Shown one piece after another: positions 54,656 to 63,273 of a DNA stretch of 64,000 nucleotides (position 1 is the stretch's first letter; each line of letters starts with the position of its first letter). The stretch covers positions 704 to 64,703 of the forward strand of contig DASTDY010000058.1 in NCBI GenBank assembly GCA_035710125.1, in the 5' to 3' direction. The notes beneath the pieces were generated by a model. That model was not told the DNA's origin. It did no database searches and saw only the letters and a list, made by a program, of their open reading frames with translations. Made by a program: the position numbers and the translations under genes. This DNA is from Candidatus Saccharimonadales bacterium. Lineage in GTDB: Bacteria > Patescibacteriota > Saccharimonadia > Saccharimonadales > EFPC-124.

Positions 54656-55231
54656 ATGAAAAAGAGCACCGCCATATCACTTTATATAATTGGCACGACA
54701 CTACTCGTTGCGGCCCTTATTTTAGGGGTGCAAACTTTGGGTTGGTTCCGCGCTGCGCCTGCGGTGGTCGCGCTCAATACAACGCCAGTTGCCCAGCCGG
54801 AGCAACCAAAAATTGGCGGTACACCTGTAAGGATCACTGTGCCCTCGCGTAACATTGACCTTACTATTATCCAAGGCTCATTTAACCAACAAACTGGCGA
54901 ATGGACGCTCAGCAACACAAACGCACATTTTGCCACCAACACGTCTGTTGCAAACAACAAAACTGGCAATACGCTCGTGTACGGACACGACACAGTGCAG
55001 GTATTTAAACCTCTGGAGCAGCTTGCGGTTGGCGACGTGGCATATATTTACACTGACAATGGCTACAAGTTTACCTACCGGTTCCGCAGCGCGATAGACG
55101 TGCCTCCAACCGATACGTCAATTTTTAGCTATCAGGGCGCACCCATTTTAACGCTGCAAACTTGCAGCGGCATATTAAGTCAGACCCGCCACCTTATGAC
55201 ATTCGACTTTATCGAGGTACAAAAAATATGA
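54656..55231 (+). CDS. sortase-family transpeptidase
   Basis: N-terminal TM. Catalytic triad context LVYGHD (His), LTLQTCSG (Cys) and QTRHLMTF (Arg). Confidence 0.85.
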   Translation: MKKSTAISLYIIGTTLLVAALILGVQTLGWFRAAPAVVALNTTPVAQPEQPKIGGTPVRITVPSRNIDLTIIQGSFNQQTGEWTLSNTNAHFATNTSVANNKTGNTLVYGHDTVQVFKPLEQLAVGDVAYIYTDNGYKFTYRFRSAIDVPPTDTSIFSYQGAPILTLQTCSGILSQTRHLMTFDFIEVQKI

Positions 55232-56517
55232 ATGACCTTTGGATTTGGCTTTTCTGGCTCTTCACCGTAGCGAGCGTCATGAACACACTACATATTGGTT
55301 TTTACCTAATAAGTGCCAATGTGTACGATATCCGCCAATTTAAACTCGCCAAAAAAAAGCGGCCTCGTGGCACATTGCCGCTCGTCACGGTTGCTATTTC
55401 TGCCCACAACGAAGAAAAGGTGATCATCCGCACGCTTGAGTCGCTATTACGGTCACGCTACCCACATGTGCAGATCTTAATCATGGACGATGCTTCTACC
55501 GACACCACGAGCCAACTCGTAAATAACTTTATTTCTAGCCACCCAAAGGCCGACATAACAATTCGCTACAAAACTAAAAATGTAGGCAAAGGGCGGGCGC
55601 TTAATTCGGCCATGCAGCGCTACGCCAAGGGCGAGTTTATTATGACTCTCGATGCCGACTGTATTTTACACCCAGACGCTATTCGCAATGCTATAAAATA
55701 TTTTGATGACCCAAAAGTAGCAGGCGTTGCTGCCAATGTTAGGATTATCCGTGAACCAGGTGTTATTTCGCTTTTGCAGGTTTTGGAGCATATGATTGGG
55801 TATAGGTCTAAAAAAGCGTATTCCCTCACCAACTCCGAATGCATAGTTGGCGGCGTTGGATCCATGTACCGCAAAAGTGTGCTTAAAACAGTTGGATTTT
55901 ACGATACCGACACACTCACAGAAGACATCGGCCTCAGCATGAAAGTCGCCGCCCAGGGCAACAAAAACTTCCGCCTAGTATACGCAGCCGACGTTGTTGC
56001 AATGACCGAAGGCGTCCCAACTTTTAAAGCACTTGTAAAACAACGCTACCGCTGGAAATACGGCATGCTACAAAACCTTATAAAATATGCGTACCTCATT
56101 GGTAAAACCGACCACAAGTTTACCCGCTCACTCACCTGGTACCGCCTACCAATGGCATTTTTGAGCGAGCTCATGTTGCTACTTGAACCGTTCATTTTAG
56201 GGTATGTGTTGTATGTGAGTTATGTTATGCAGAATCCTGCATCTGTTGTAGGGTCGTACGGGCTCATTACAATTTACTTGTTGCTCAATCTGCTTCCCGA
56301 TGAACATACCGATGCCAAGGGACGTGCCCGTCTACTGCTCAACGCACCAGTTGCCTATTTTATCTTTTACATTATGAACATCGTGCAGTTTACCGCCATT
56401 GTGCGCTGCCTCGCCCACAGCAAAAGCCTGTTTGCTCGCCAAAAACACGTTGGTATCTGGGAATCACCAGAACGCAGCGGCATTGCCAGTATTTCATTTA
56501 AACAAAAGATTGCATAA
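55228..56517 (+). CDS. processive family-2 glycosyltransferase (PgaC/IcaA/cellulose-chitin synthase-like)
   Basis: Its ATG overlaps the sortase stop (ATGA). Motifs DDASTD, LDADC, TEDIGLS and QRYRW, plus N- and C-terminal TM segments. Confidence 0.85.
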   Translation: MNDLWIWLFWLFTVASVMNTLHIGFYLISANVYDIRQFKLAKKKRPRGTLPLVTVAISAHNEEKVIIRTLESLLRSRYPHVQILIMDDASTDTTSQLVNNFISSHPKADITIRYKTKNVGKGRALNSAMQRYAKGEFIMTLDADCILHPDAIRNAIKYFDDPKVAGVAANVRIIREPGVISLLQVLEHMIGYRSKKAYSLTNSECIVGGVGSMYRKSVLKTVGFYDTDTLTEDIGLSMKVAAQGNKNFRLVYAADVVAMTEGVPTFKALVKQRYRWKYGMLQNLIKYAYLIGKTDHKFTRSLTWYRLPMAFLSELMLLLEPFILGYVLYVSYVMQNPASVVGSYGLITIYLLLNLLPDEHTDAKGRARLLLNAPVAYFIFYIMNIVQFTAIVRCLAHSKSLFARQKHVGIWESPERSGIASISFKQKIA

Positions 56518-56528
56518 GGACAATAAAT

Positions 56529-58376
56529 ATGGTAAAGTTAATTCCACTAAAATTACAACACAAGCTCACGTCGGTGACGGGACGCTTTTTACAGATCGGA
56601 TCACAGATGTCATTAAAAAAACTAAGCACTCTTGTAGCCGCGATCGCTGCGAGCGGCCTGCTGCTACTTGGCCAGTCAGCGCCGGCTTTGGCAGCTGCTA
56701 CTTGGCCAGCGCCAGCCGCAGCAATTTCGTTTACGTTTGACGACGGCTTTGCCAGCGTATACACCCAAGCTAAACCAGCCTTAGCCAAGTATGGACTTAA
56801 TGGCACTAGTTATGTTGTAACAGATTGCGTTGGCATGACAAAAACCCCCAACACCTGTCGTGCAGACAACGACAAACCTTACATGACCTGGACGCAGATT
56901 AAGCAACTACAAGCATCAGGCTGGGAGATTGGCTCGCACAGCAAGACCCATCCATACCTTGCCAGTAGCGACGCAGATGATGGCCAACCTAATGTATTAA
57001 CTCCCGCCCAAGTAGAACAAGAGCTGTCACAAAGCAAGGCAGCGCTTGCAGCCCAAGGCATCAACGCTATGAGCTTTGCAAGCCCATATGGTGACTACAA
57101 TAACGCCACACTTGCAAAAATCGCCAAATACTACCAGACTCACCGAGGTTTTGCCGACACCAACAACAACCAATGGCCATTTAACGACTACCTGCTTAAC
57201 AACTTCCCCGTACAAGAAGGCGTGACGGTAGACCAGGTAAAAGCAAAAATCGACGATGCCATTGCTAACAAACGCTGGTTAGTACTGACATTCCATAATA
57301 TTGCTACCTCGCCAAGCACAAACCCAGACGACTACGAATACTCTACAGCCAAACTTGAACAAATCGCAGCCTACGTAAAAAGTAAGCAAAGTGCGGGCCT
57401 CATTAAAAATACATTAGTGAAGAATGGCATCGTAAAAGGCGACACAAACATGTTTGCGAACGGCGGATTTGAATCTGGCATTAGCGGCGGCTGGTCAACA
57501 GACAACACTTCCGTCTTTAAGGCCAACAACGCCGGTAACGGCAACGCTACTGGACCTAACAAATCGGTAGCCGTTACAGCCGGCCCAACAACTGCGCACC
57601 TATATTCGCCAAAAGTAACGGTAAATAGTGCGCAAAGCTACCTTATAAAGAGCTACCTGAATGTGGCCGCCATAAAATCTGGCGAAATCGGCTATTACAT
57701 AGACGAATACGACGCAAGCGGTAATTGGGTGAGCGGGCAATGGAAAAAGGCCGAGAATGCTGCCTTTGTAGAGGGCATTAACTTTAGCTACACCCCAAGT
57801 TCTACCGCAGTAAAACAAGCCCAGTTGCAAATTTACGTTACAGGCAATTCGGGCATAAAAGCGTTTATAGATGGATTCTTCATGTTTGCGCTGAACGGAG
57901 CTACGCCCACACCTGTTACACCAACTAACCTTGTTGCCAACGGCACATTCGACGCTGGTATAAGCGGCGGCTGGTCAACAAACAGCCAATCCACAATTAC
58001 TGCCGACCAAAACAATAACGGCAGCCCTGCTAATCCTGTTAACTCAGTTCGGCTTACCTCTGCCACACAAGAGCGCCATTTGTTTGGCCCAAATGTAGCG
58101 GTGAACTCCGGTAAAAGCTATACTATTGCCAGTTACCTCAGCGTAAAGGCAATCACGGCTGGAGAAATCGGCTATTACATAGACGAATACGACGCAAGCG
58201 GTAATTGGGTGAGTGGCCAATGGAAATCCGGCATCAGCACTGTAGGCGCAAAAGAGCTTAGCTTACAATACAGCCCGAGTTCTACGGCTGTCGCATATGC
58301 AAGCCTGCAAATAATTGTGCCCGCGAATGCAAGCTTGAATGCATACATTGACCACATTCGGTGGTACCAAAACTAG
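56529..58376 (+). CDS. secreted polysaccharide deacetylase (NodB domain) with two C-terminal carbohydrate-binding-like jelly-roll repeats
   Basis: NodB motifs TFDDGF and GSHSKTHP. The signal peptide MSLKKLSTLVAAIAASGLLLLGQSAPALA suggests the real start may be ATG 56607. Two 160-aa repeats (GGFESGISGGWST... / GTFDAGISGGWST...). Confidence 0.8.
   Translation: MVKLIPLKLQHKLTSVTGRFLQIGSQMSLKKLSTLVAAIAASGLLLLGQSAPALAAATWPAPAAAISFTFDDGFASVYTQAKPALAKYGLNGTSYVVTDCVGMTKTPNTCRADNDKPYMTWTQIKQLQASGWEIGSHSKTHPYLASSDADDGQPNVLTPAQVEQELSQSKAALAAQGINAMSFASPYGDYNNATLAKIAKYYQTHRGFADTNNNQWPFNDYLLNNFPVQEGVTVDQVKAKIDDAIANKRWLVLTFHNIATSPSTNPDDYEYSTAKLEQIAAYVKSKQSAGLIKNTLVKNGIVKGDTNMFANGGFESGISGGWSTDNTSVFKANNAGNGNATGPNKSVAVTAGPTTAHLYSPKVTVNSAQSYLIKSYLNVAAIKSGEIGYYIDEYDASGNWVSGQWKKAENAAFVEGINFSYTPSSTAVKQAQLQIYVTGNSGIKAFIDGFFMFALNGATPTPVTPTNLVANGTFDAGISGGWSTNSQSTITADQNNNGSPANPVNSVRLTSATQERHLFGPNVAVNSGKSYTIASYLSVKAITAGEIGYYIDEYDASGNWVSGQWKSGISTVGAKELSLQYSPSSTAVAYASLQIIVPANASLNAYIDHIRWYQN
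57684..58213 (+). repeat. 50-nt perfect direct repeat (57684-57733 and 58164-58213) inside the two diverged C-terminal domains
   Basis: gaaatcggctattacatagacgaatacgacgcaagcggtaattgggtgag occurs twice, exactly 480 nt apart. It encodes the EIGYYIDEYDASGNWVS core of the shared GEIGYYIDEYDASGNWVSGQWK block. Confidence 0.9.
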
Positions 58377-58390
58377 GACTCAGCATTCTT

Positions 58391-58425
58391 ATAAAATAGC
58401 CGGCCGAGAGTGCCGGTTATTTTAT
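58391..58425. terminator. bidirectional rho-independent terminator
   Basis: ATAAAATAgCCGG-ccgagagtg-CCGGtTATTTTAT has A/T-rich arms on both sides and sits 15 nt after the deacetylase stop. Confidence 0.6.
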
Positions 58426-58598
58426 ATTCTTGCCAGCCACAACAAAATAAGCTCAGTGACGGCGACTAACCCAAGCACAATGGCAATAATGACAAAAATA
58501 GCCAGTGTACGAATTTTTGGCTGGCTCATTTCTGCTGACGGTTGAGCCGCTTTTGGGTCAACATCTAAAAAAGTTTGTGGTTTTTGCGGATTGCCCAT
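58422..58598 (-). CDS. possible 58-aa membrane peptide
   Basis: MGNPQKPQTFLDVDPKAAQPSAEMSQPKIRTLAIFVIIAIVLGLVAVTELILLWLARI. One clear TM, no obvious SD. Below the ORF-track size cut-off. Confidence 0.3.
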   Translation of the reverse strand: MGNPQKPQTFLDVDPKAAQPSAEMSQPKIRTLAIFVIIAIVLGLVAVTELILLWLARI

Positions 58599-58638
58599 AG
58601 TGGTATTGTGTATAGGCTGAGGTTGGTTGTCAAGCGAT

Positions 58639-58776
58639 GCAGTTCCCCGGCTGTGCCCTTAGATAATGAGGGTCAAGCGTAGTGCAGCCGAGCATATGAA
58701 TCTGCCTTTTTCTTTGGCAGATTCTTTGCGCGGCGCGTAACGCACTCATTATCTAAGGGCACAGCCGGGGAACTGC
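58639..58776. repeat. 138-nt palindromic element: perfect 32-bp inverted repeat enclosing a 74-nt core with an inner 9-bp hairpin
   Basis: Left arm gcagttccccggctgtgcccttagataatgag (58639-58670) is the exact reverse complement of the right arm (58745-58776). Inner hairpin GAATCTGCC-tttttcttt-GGCAGATTC (58698-58724). The element begins 3 nt downstream of the response-regulator stop codon (58779-58781) on the minus strand. Confidence 0.85.
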
Positions 58777-58778
58777 GA

Positions 58779-59156
58779 CTACTCCAAGGATTTTATAATA
58801 TTCAAAAGATCGTCTAGCACAATCTCTGCTTTGATAACGTAGCCGTCCATATCTTTATGCACCTGCGGACTCACCTTAGAAGCGTCGCCCAAGTTGGTGA
58901 GCATAACAATCTTTGCAAGCGTACAGTTGTATTCTGGGTTGTGGCGCAGAATCTTCAACACCTCAAACCCATCTTTTTTTGGCATCATAACATCAAGAAA
59001 AATGAGGTCTGGCTTGTATTCCTTAGCAACGTCTAACGCTTGGTCTCCATCGTTTGCAATTGCAACCTCGAAACCACTTTGTGTTAAAAAAAGATGATAA
59101 ATTTCTATTAACTGAGCATTATCTTCAACGAGTAATATTTTGCGTAGTCCAGCCAT
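58779..59156 (-). CDS. single-domain (CheY-like) response regulator
   Basis: KILLVEDN...DLIFLDVMMPKKDGFEVL...K: receiver domain only, 125 aa. AGGAGG SD. Overlaps the kinase gene by 32 nt. Confidence 0.9.
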   Translation of the reverse strand: MAGLRKILLVEDNAQLIEIYHLFLTQSGFEVAIANDGDQALDVAKEYKPDLIFLDVMMPKKDGFEVLKILRHNPEYNCTLAKIVMLTNLGDASKVSPQVHKDMDGYVIKAEIVLDDLLNIIKSLE

Positions 59157-61341
59157 GTTGCCTCCTGATTGCTGTTACCTTGGATTGTGGTGCGGACGGC
59201 GTAATTGTATCTGCTTTAGGCAAGGTTATTATAAATGTAGAGCCTTTGCCTTCTTCGGAACTAAACGTAATTGTACCACCTTGCCGCTCGATTAACGATT
59301 TTGCAATGAACAACCCAAGCCCTGTACCGGTACTGCCGCTATCGAGCCCGCCGTGCACGCGGTAAAACTTAGTGAACAAGTTGGACTGCGATTGCTTGGG
59401 AATTCCCACGCCAGTATCTGTAACCTGCACACGGTAGTCTGCGCCTTGGACGCCAAGCAGCACACTCACCTTGCCACCTTCTGGCGTGTATTTTATGGCA
59501 TTCGAGATCAGGTTGTTAATAACCTCGTGCAATGCGATTCTGTCGGCAATGACAAAGCAACCCTCTGTTGCACCCTGATACACGACAGTGATTTTTTTAT
59601 CGCGGGCGCTAAATGTAGCCTCTTCGACCGCTTGCTTAACATCTGCGGCTATGTCTACATTCTCTAAATTAAAGGTGAGCGTGCCACGCTCTATGCGCGT
59701 AACATCAAGCAGGTTATTAATAAGGCCTCCCAACTCTGTAGAGCTTTTTAATGCCTGCTGCAAATATTTTGACGTATCATCGCTTGCAACGCCTTGGCCG
59801 CCTTTAAAAGTAATCAGTTCTAGATATCCGCGGATTGCGGCAAGCGGCGTGCGTAATTCGTGCGCAGCCATAGACACAAAGTCGACTTTCATAGCTTCTA
59901 GCTCTCGGTCTCTTGTTTCGTCATGGATTGTCACAATTGTTTGCGCGGCCTTTTGTTCTTGCTCGCCACTTACCCGTGCCACAATTAATTTAACGTAGCT
60001 GGTGGCGCCGGCAACGTTGGTAAATTCGAGATCTTCGTAGACCGCAGAATTTGCGGGCGCGTAGTCAGCGGTGAATGGCTGCCCTTGTTGTGTCCAGGCA
60101 AAAATGTCGTTAATATTTTTGCCAACCAATTTATCGGAATCGAGCCGGGCCATTTCAGCTGCCGCCTGGTTTACCAAAACAATCATGCCCTGCTTATCGA
60201 TTGCTAAGATACCTTCTTTTGTACTGTTAAGGATAACCTCGAGGCGATTACGTTGGGATTCGATACTGGTCACAAAAGTATCCAGGCTTATGCCCATGGC
60301 GTTAATACTTTCGGCAAGCATACCGATTTCGTCGTTGCGCCGCACAAAAGTCCGGGCCAAAAAGTCGCCTCTACCGATCCGCCTGGCGATTGTAGCAATC
60401 TGCAGTATTGGTTGGGTAAAGAACCTGGTAAGGCCAAGCGCGATTAATACAATCGCGCCAGACGATGTTAATACAATAATAAAAAGTAAGTTCCGTAATT
60501 GGTCGATTTGCGCCAAGGCTTCGGAGGTGTCAATTTTAGCCGCAATCACCCAATCGGCAAAACCAATTGATTTTGCAGCTACCATAACCTGCTTGCCCCG
60601 GTAGTCGGTGAGCTCTTTATAGTCTTGCTGGCCAGCTGGGGCAAAAAGCTGTAGCGAGCTTACATTTGTTTTTTGGGGGGCGTCAGCATCAAAACGCAAA
60701 GGAAACAGGGAGACCACAGTACCATCTTGCGTTTTCTCTGCTACGACCGTTTCTCCAGTGGTGCCTAGGCCAGTATAATCTTGAAGCGCGGCTATAATGT
60801 CGTCTATTCTAAACACCACACTCACCACCCCAGATTCAGTCTTGTTTACATTAACTTTAGCGGTAATATATAGCTTGTCTATGCCGTCACGCTGGTCTTT
60901 GCGTACTCCTGTGCTAATCTCTTGGCCTGCAGCAAGGGCAAAGTCTTGGGGGTCTAGCTGAGTTCCCTCCACATCGCGATTAGTAGATACAATTATCTTA
61001 CCTTTTAGGTCGGCCAGATGGATTGTTTGGATATCTGGGGTAGCAATTTTTTTAGCCAGTAAAATGGCACTTAGCTGTTCCTTTGCCTGTTTGTTCGTAA
61101 GGTACATGCCTAGCGTACGCTGAAGGTCAAACTTGTTAGAAAGCTCAATCGCTTCTTCTTGACGTTTTTGTAGCAAGCCATTTATACGTTGTTCTTGTTT
61201 TATGGCCGTACTTACTAGCTGTTCGGCAGTCTTACGCGTTAGGCCACTACTAATGGTTATGTAGGCAATGGCGCTCACTATTAAAGTGGGCACTAGGCCA
61301 ATTAACAACATAAGAATTGTGAGTTTTATCCTTATGCTCAT
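59125..61341 (-). CDS. sensor histidine kinase (extracytoplasmic Cache-like domain, HAMP, PAS, HisKA, HATPase_c)
   Basis: Two TMs flank an approximately 260-aa periplasmic region. HAMP IGRGDFLARTFVRRNDEIGMLAESINAM. H-box SMAAHELRTPL. N/G boxes NLISNAIKYT, DTGVGI and GTGLGL. Confidence 0.9.
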   Translation of the reverse strand: MSIRIKLTILMLLIGLVPTLIVSAIAYITISSGLTRKTAEQLVSTAIKQEQRINGLLQKRQEEAIELSNKFDLQRTLGMYLTNKQAKEQLSAILLAKKIATPDIQTIHLADLKGKIIVSTNRDVEGTQLDPQDFALAAGQEISTGVRKDQRDGIDKLYITAKVNVNKTESGVVSVVFRIDDIIAALQDYTGLGTTGETVVAEKTQDGTVVSLFPLRFDADAPQKTNVSSLQLFAPAGQQDYKELTDYRGKQVMVAAKSIGFADWVIAAKIDTSEALAQIDQLRNLLFIIVLTSSGAIVLIALGLTRFFTQPILQIATIARRIGRGDFLARTFVRRNDEIGMLAESINAMGISLDTFVTSIESQRNRLEVILNSTKEGILAIDKQGMIVLVNQAAAEMARLDSDKLVGKNINDIFAWTQQGQPFTADYAPANSAVYEDLEFTNVAGATSYVKLIVARVSGEQEQKAAQTIVTIHDETRDRELEAMKVDFVSMAAHELRTPLAAIRGYLELITFKGGQGVASDDTSKYLQQALKSSTELGGLINNLLDVTRIERGTLTFNLENVDIAADVKQAVEEATFSARDKKITVVYQGATEGCFVIADRIALHEVINNLISNAIKYTPEGGKVSVLLGVQGADYRVQVTDTGVGIPKQSQSNLFTKFYRVHGGLDSGSTGTGLGLFIAKSLIERQGGTITFSSEEGKGSTFIITLPKADTITPSAPQSKVTAIRRQHGWTTQNITR

Positions 61342-61347
61342 ACCAGT

Positions 61348-62556
61348 TTACTGTGCCACCAGCTGGAAGGCACCGTCTTTAACTTCAAACAGGTCGTACC
61401 TGTAGTCTCTATTCGTAACTTCACCGTTAGAATCGAACTTTATAAGGCCAGATACTCCCTGAAAACTAATTCCTGGGATTGCTTGCTTGATTTCTTCACC
61501 TGTTGATGCACCCTGCTCGGTTGCAATCTGCAAAAGGTGGATTATGTCGTATGCCTGTGGGGCTGCATATAGCTGTTCTGACTTTTGGTACTCGTTGAGT
61601 AACGACTGCTTGAACGCCTTTGTGCCAGTTGGGAACGACGATATAATAAGGCCTTCAGCGGCAGACATTGCATTATTAATCATGGTGTTGTCGTACATAA
61701 TATCAGCCCCAAATAGTGGCACTGCAAGCCCCGCTTGGCGCGATAACTTGACTACTGCGGTTGCTGTCACTACCGAATTAGGCGCAACAAATACAGCTTG
61801 GGGTTTTGCGGCTTTAAGGTCGTTTATTTGTGCGGTAAGGTCAATAACGTCTGGCTCGGCTGATGCCGTAGCAACCACCTTGCCACCAAGCGCCTCAAAC
61901 TTCTCACGGAAAACCGTGTTCATACCGGTGCCGTACGGTTCGTTAGTGTAAAATACGCCAACGTTCCGTATGCCTCGGTCGTAAATTGACTGCGCCATAA
62001 ATGCTCCCTGAAAATTATCTGGAGGCACAACCCTAAAAAAGTAATCATTCGGAATTGTAAGCGTGGGGCTAGATGCAGACGGACTAATTAACGGCACCCG
62101 TGCATTATTTGCCGCTGGCAGCGCGGCAACAGTAGCGCTAGAGCAACCCTCGCCAATGATTGCCGCCACTTTTTGTTCGATCAGCCGCTTTACTGCTTCG
62201 GCTGCCGATTTTGGATCGCACTTGGAATCTTCTTGGATAATCTCTATGTTGTCGGCGCTGAGTTGTTTTTTGGCGAGCTGCACGCCTTTCATGGCTCCGT
62301 AGCCCATGCTGCTTGAGCCGCCGCTAAATGCCATCATAACCCCAACTTTTATACGAGGTTTTTCAGGTGACCTCGTACTCTGGTAATACATAAATACGCC
62401 ATAGGCGCATACGGCAAGCAACAAAAGCGCAAGTACTGTATTTACAATAAAAATTCGGCTTAGGCCTTTTTTGGGGGGCTGAGGTATGGGCGTTTGGTTG
62501 TCTAGTTCTGGAAACTCAGATAATCGAGCGCTACCGCCTTGTACTTTTAAATCCAT
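61348..62556 (-). CDS. membrane-anchored type-1 periplasmic binding protein (LivJ/Leu-Ile-Val-binding-like)
   Basis: N-terminal TM, then IKVGVMMAFSGGSSSMGYGAMKGVQLA...AAIIGEGCSSATVA. No ABC permease or ATPase nearby. 6 nt upstream of the kinase gene. Confidence 0.75.
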   Translation of the reverse strand: MDLKVQGGSARLSEFPELDNQTPIPQPPKKGLSRIFIVNTVLALLLLAVCAYGVFMYYQSTRSPEKPRIKVGVMMAFSGGSSSMGYGAMKGVQLAKKQLSADNIEIIQEDSKCDPKSAAEAVKRLIEQKVAAIIGEGCSSATVAALPAANNARVPLISPSASSPTLTIPNDYFFRVVPPDNFQGAFMAQSIYDRGIRNVGVFYTNEPYGTGMNTVFREKFEALGGKVVATASAEPDVIDLTAQINDLKAAKPQAVFVAPNSVVTATAVVKLSRQAGLAVPLFGADIMYDNTMINNAMSAAEGLIISSFPTGTKAFKQSLLNEYQKSEQLYAAPQAYDIIHLLQIATEQGASTGEEIKQAIPGISFQGVSGLIKFDSNGEVTNRDYRYDLFEVKDGAFQLVAQ

Positions 62557-62676
62557 TAAAAAATCCTTATGCCTATAAATTACTTATATCATGGTAGACG
62601 CACGGGGGTTCTGTCAAGCTTTAACCGCTACCAACCAGGTTGCCTCACACTACAAAAGAACCATACATGGCTAACA

Positions 62677-63273
62677 TTATAAGATACGATTTCTTTTTTG
62701 GCGCACGCCAATCCGTGTGGCTACCAAAAAATATATCAAGATATTTATAGCTAAAATGTAAATCGGAAATGCGTAGTGTGTAAATTGCCAGGCATGGATT
62801 GTGGTGAGCGTTATGACCATGCTAGAAACGCTCAAAAGGTAAGGCAGTGCTTTCTCTGATTCAGGATTTGCGTAGGCTTTCCGCACCGTTGGGATACCGC
62901 CAAGAATGTCTGCCAAGATACCAAATATTAGCGCCATGATTGGGTCGCTAGTAACTTGCCAAAGTACAATACCGATTGCCGCACTCGCACCACACAGCAC
63001 ATCAAAAAAACCGATGCGCCAGCGGGCTTTTTTTGTAAGTGACACTATAAAAATAAGTAATGGCCCCACGCTTAACGCAAGCGTCACCCAAGCAGTTGGT
63101 TCAATGTGGTTGCCTTGTATTTGTGCCAGGAATGCAATGAGGGGCGCAATACCCCAAAAAAACCAGGTTATTGGGTTAGGCTTGGCTGTGCCCCGAATAG
63201 TTGCCAACAGGTAATCTAACCCCGCAAGTACACGTAGGATTACGGCAAAAATTAAAAACTCTGAACCAAGCAT
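62677..63273 (-). CDS. multi-pass membrane protein
   Basis: 198 aa, 6 hydrophobic segments, no recognised family. Confidence 0.5.
   Translation of the reverse strand: MLGSEFLIFAVILRVLAGLDYLLATIRGTAKPNPITWFFWGIAPLIAFLAQIQGNHIEPTAWVTLALSVGPLLIFIVSLTKKARWRIGFFDVLCGASAAIGIVLWQVTSDPIMALIFGILADILGGIPTVRKAYANPESEKALPYLLSVSSMVITLTTIHAWQFTHYAFPIYILAINILIYFLVATRIGVRQKRNRIL

Noticed and set aside
58339-58545. A 68-aa plus-strand ORF overlapping the end of the deacetylase gene.
   Set aside because: It starts inside the deacetylase coding region and reads across the bidirectional terminator. The minus-strand 58-aa ORF gives a cleaner TM peptide, though it is itself low-confidence.
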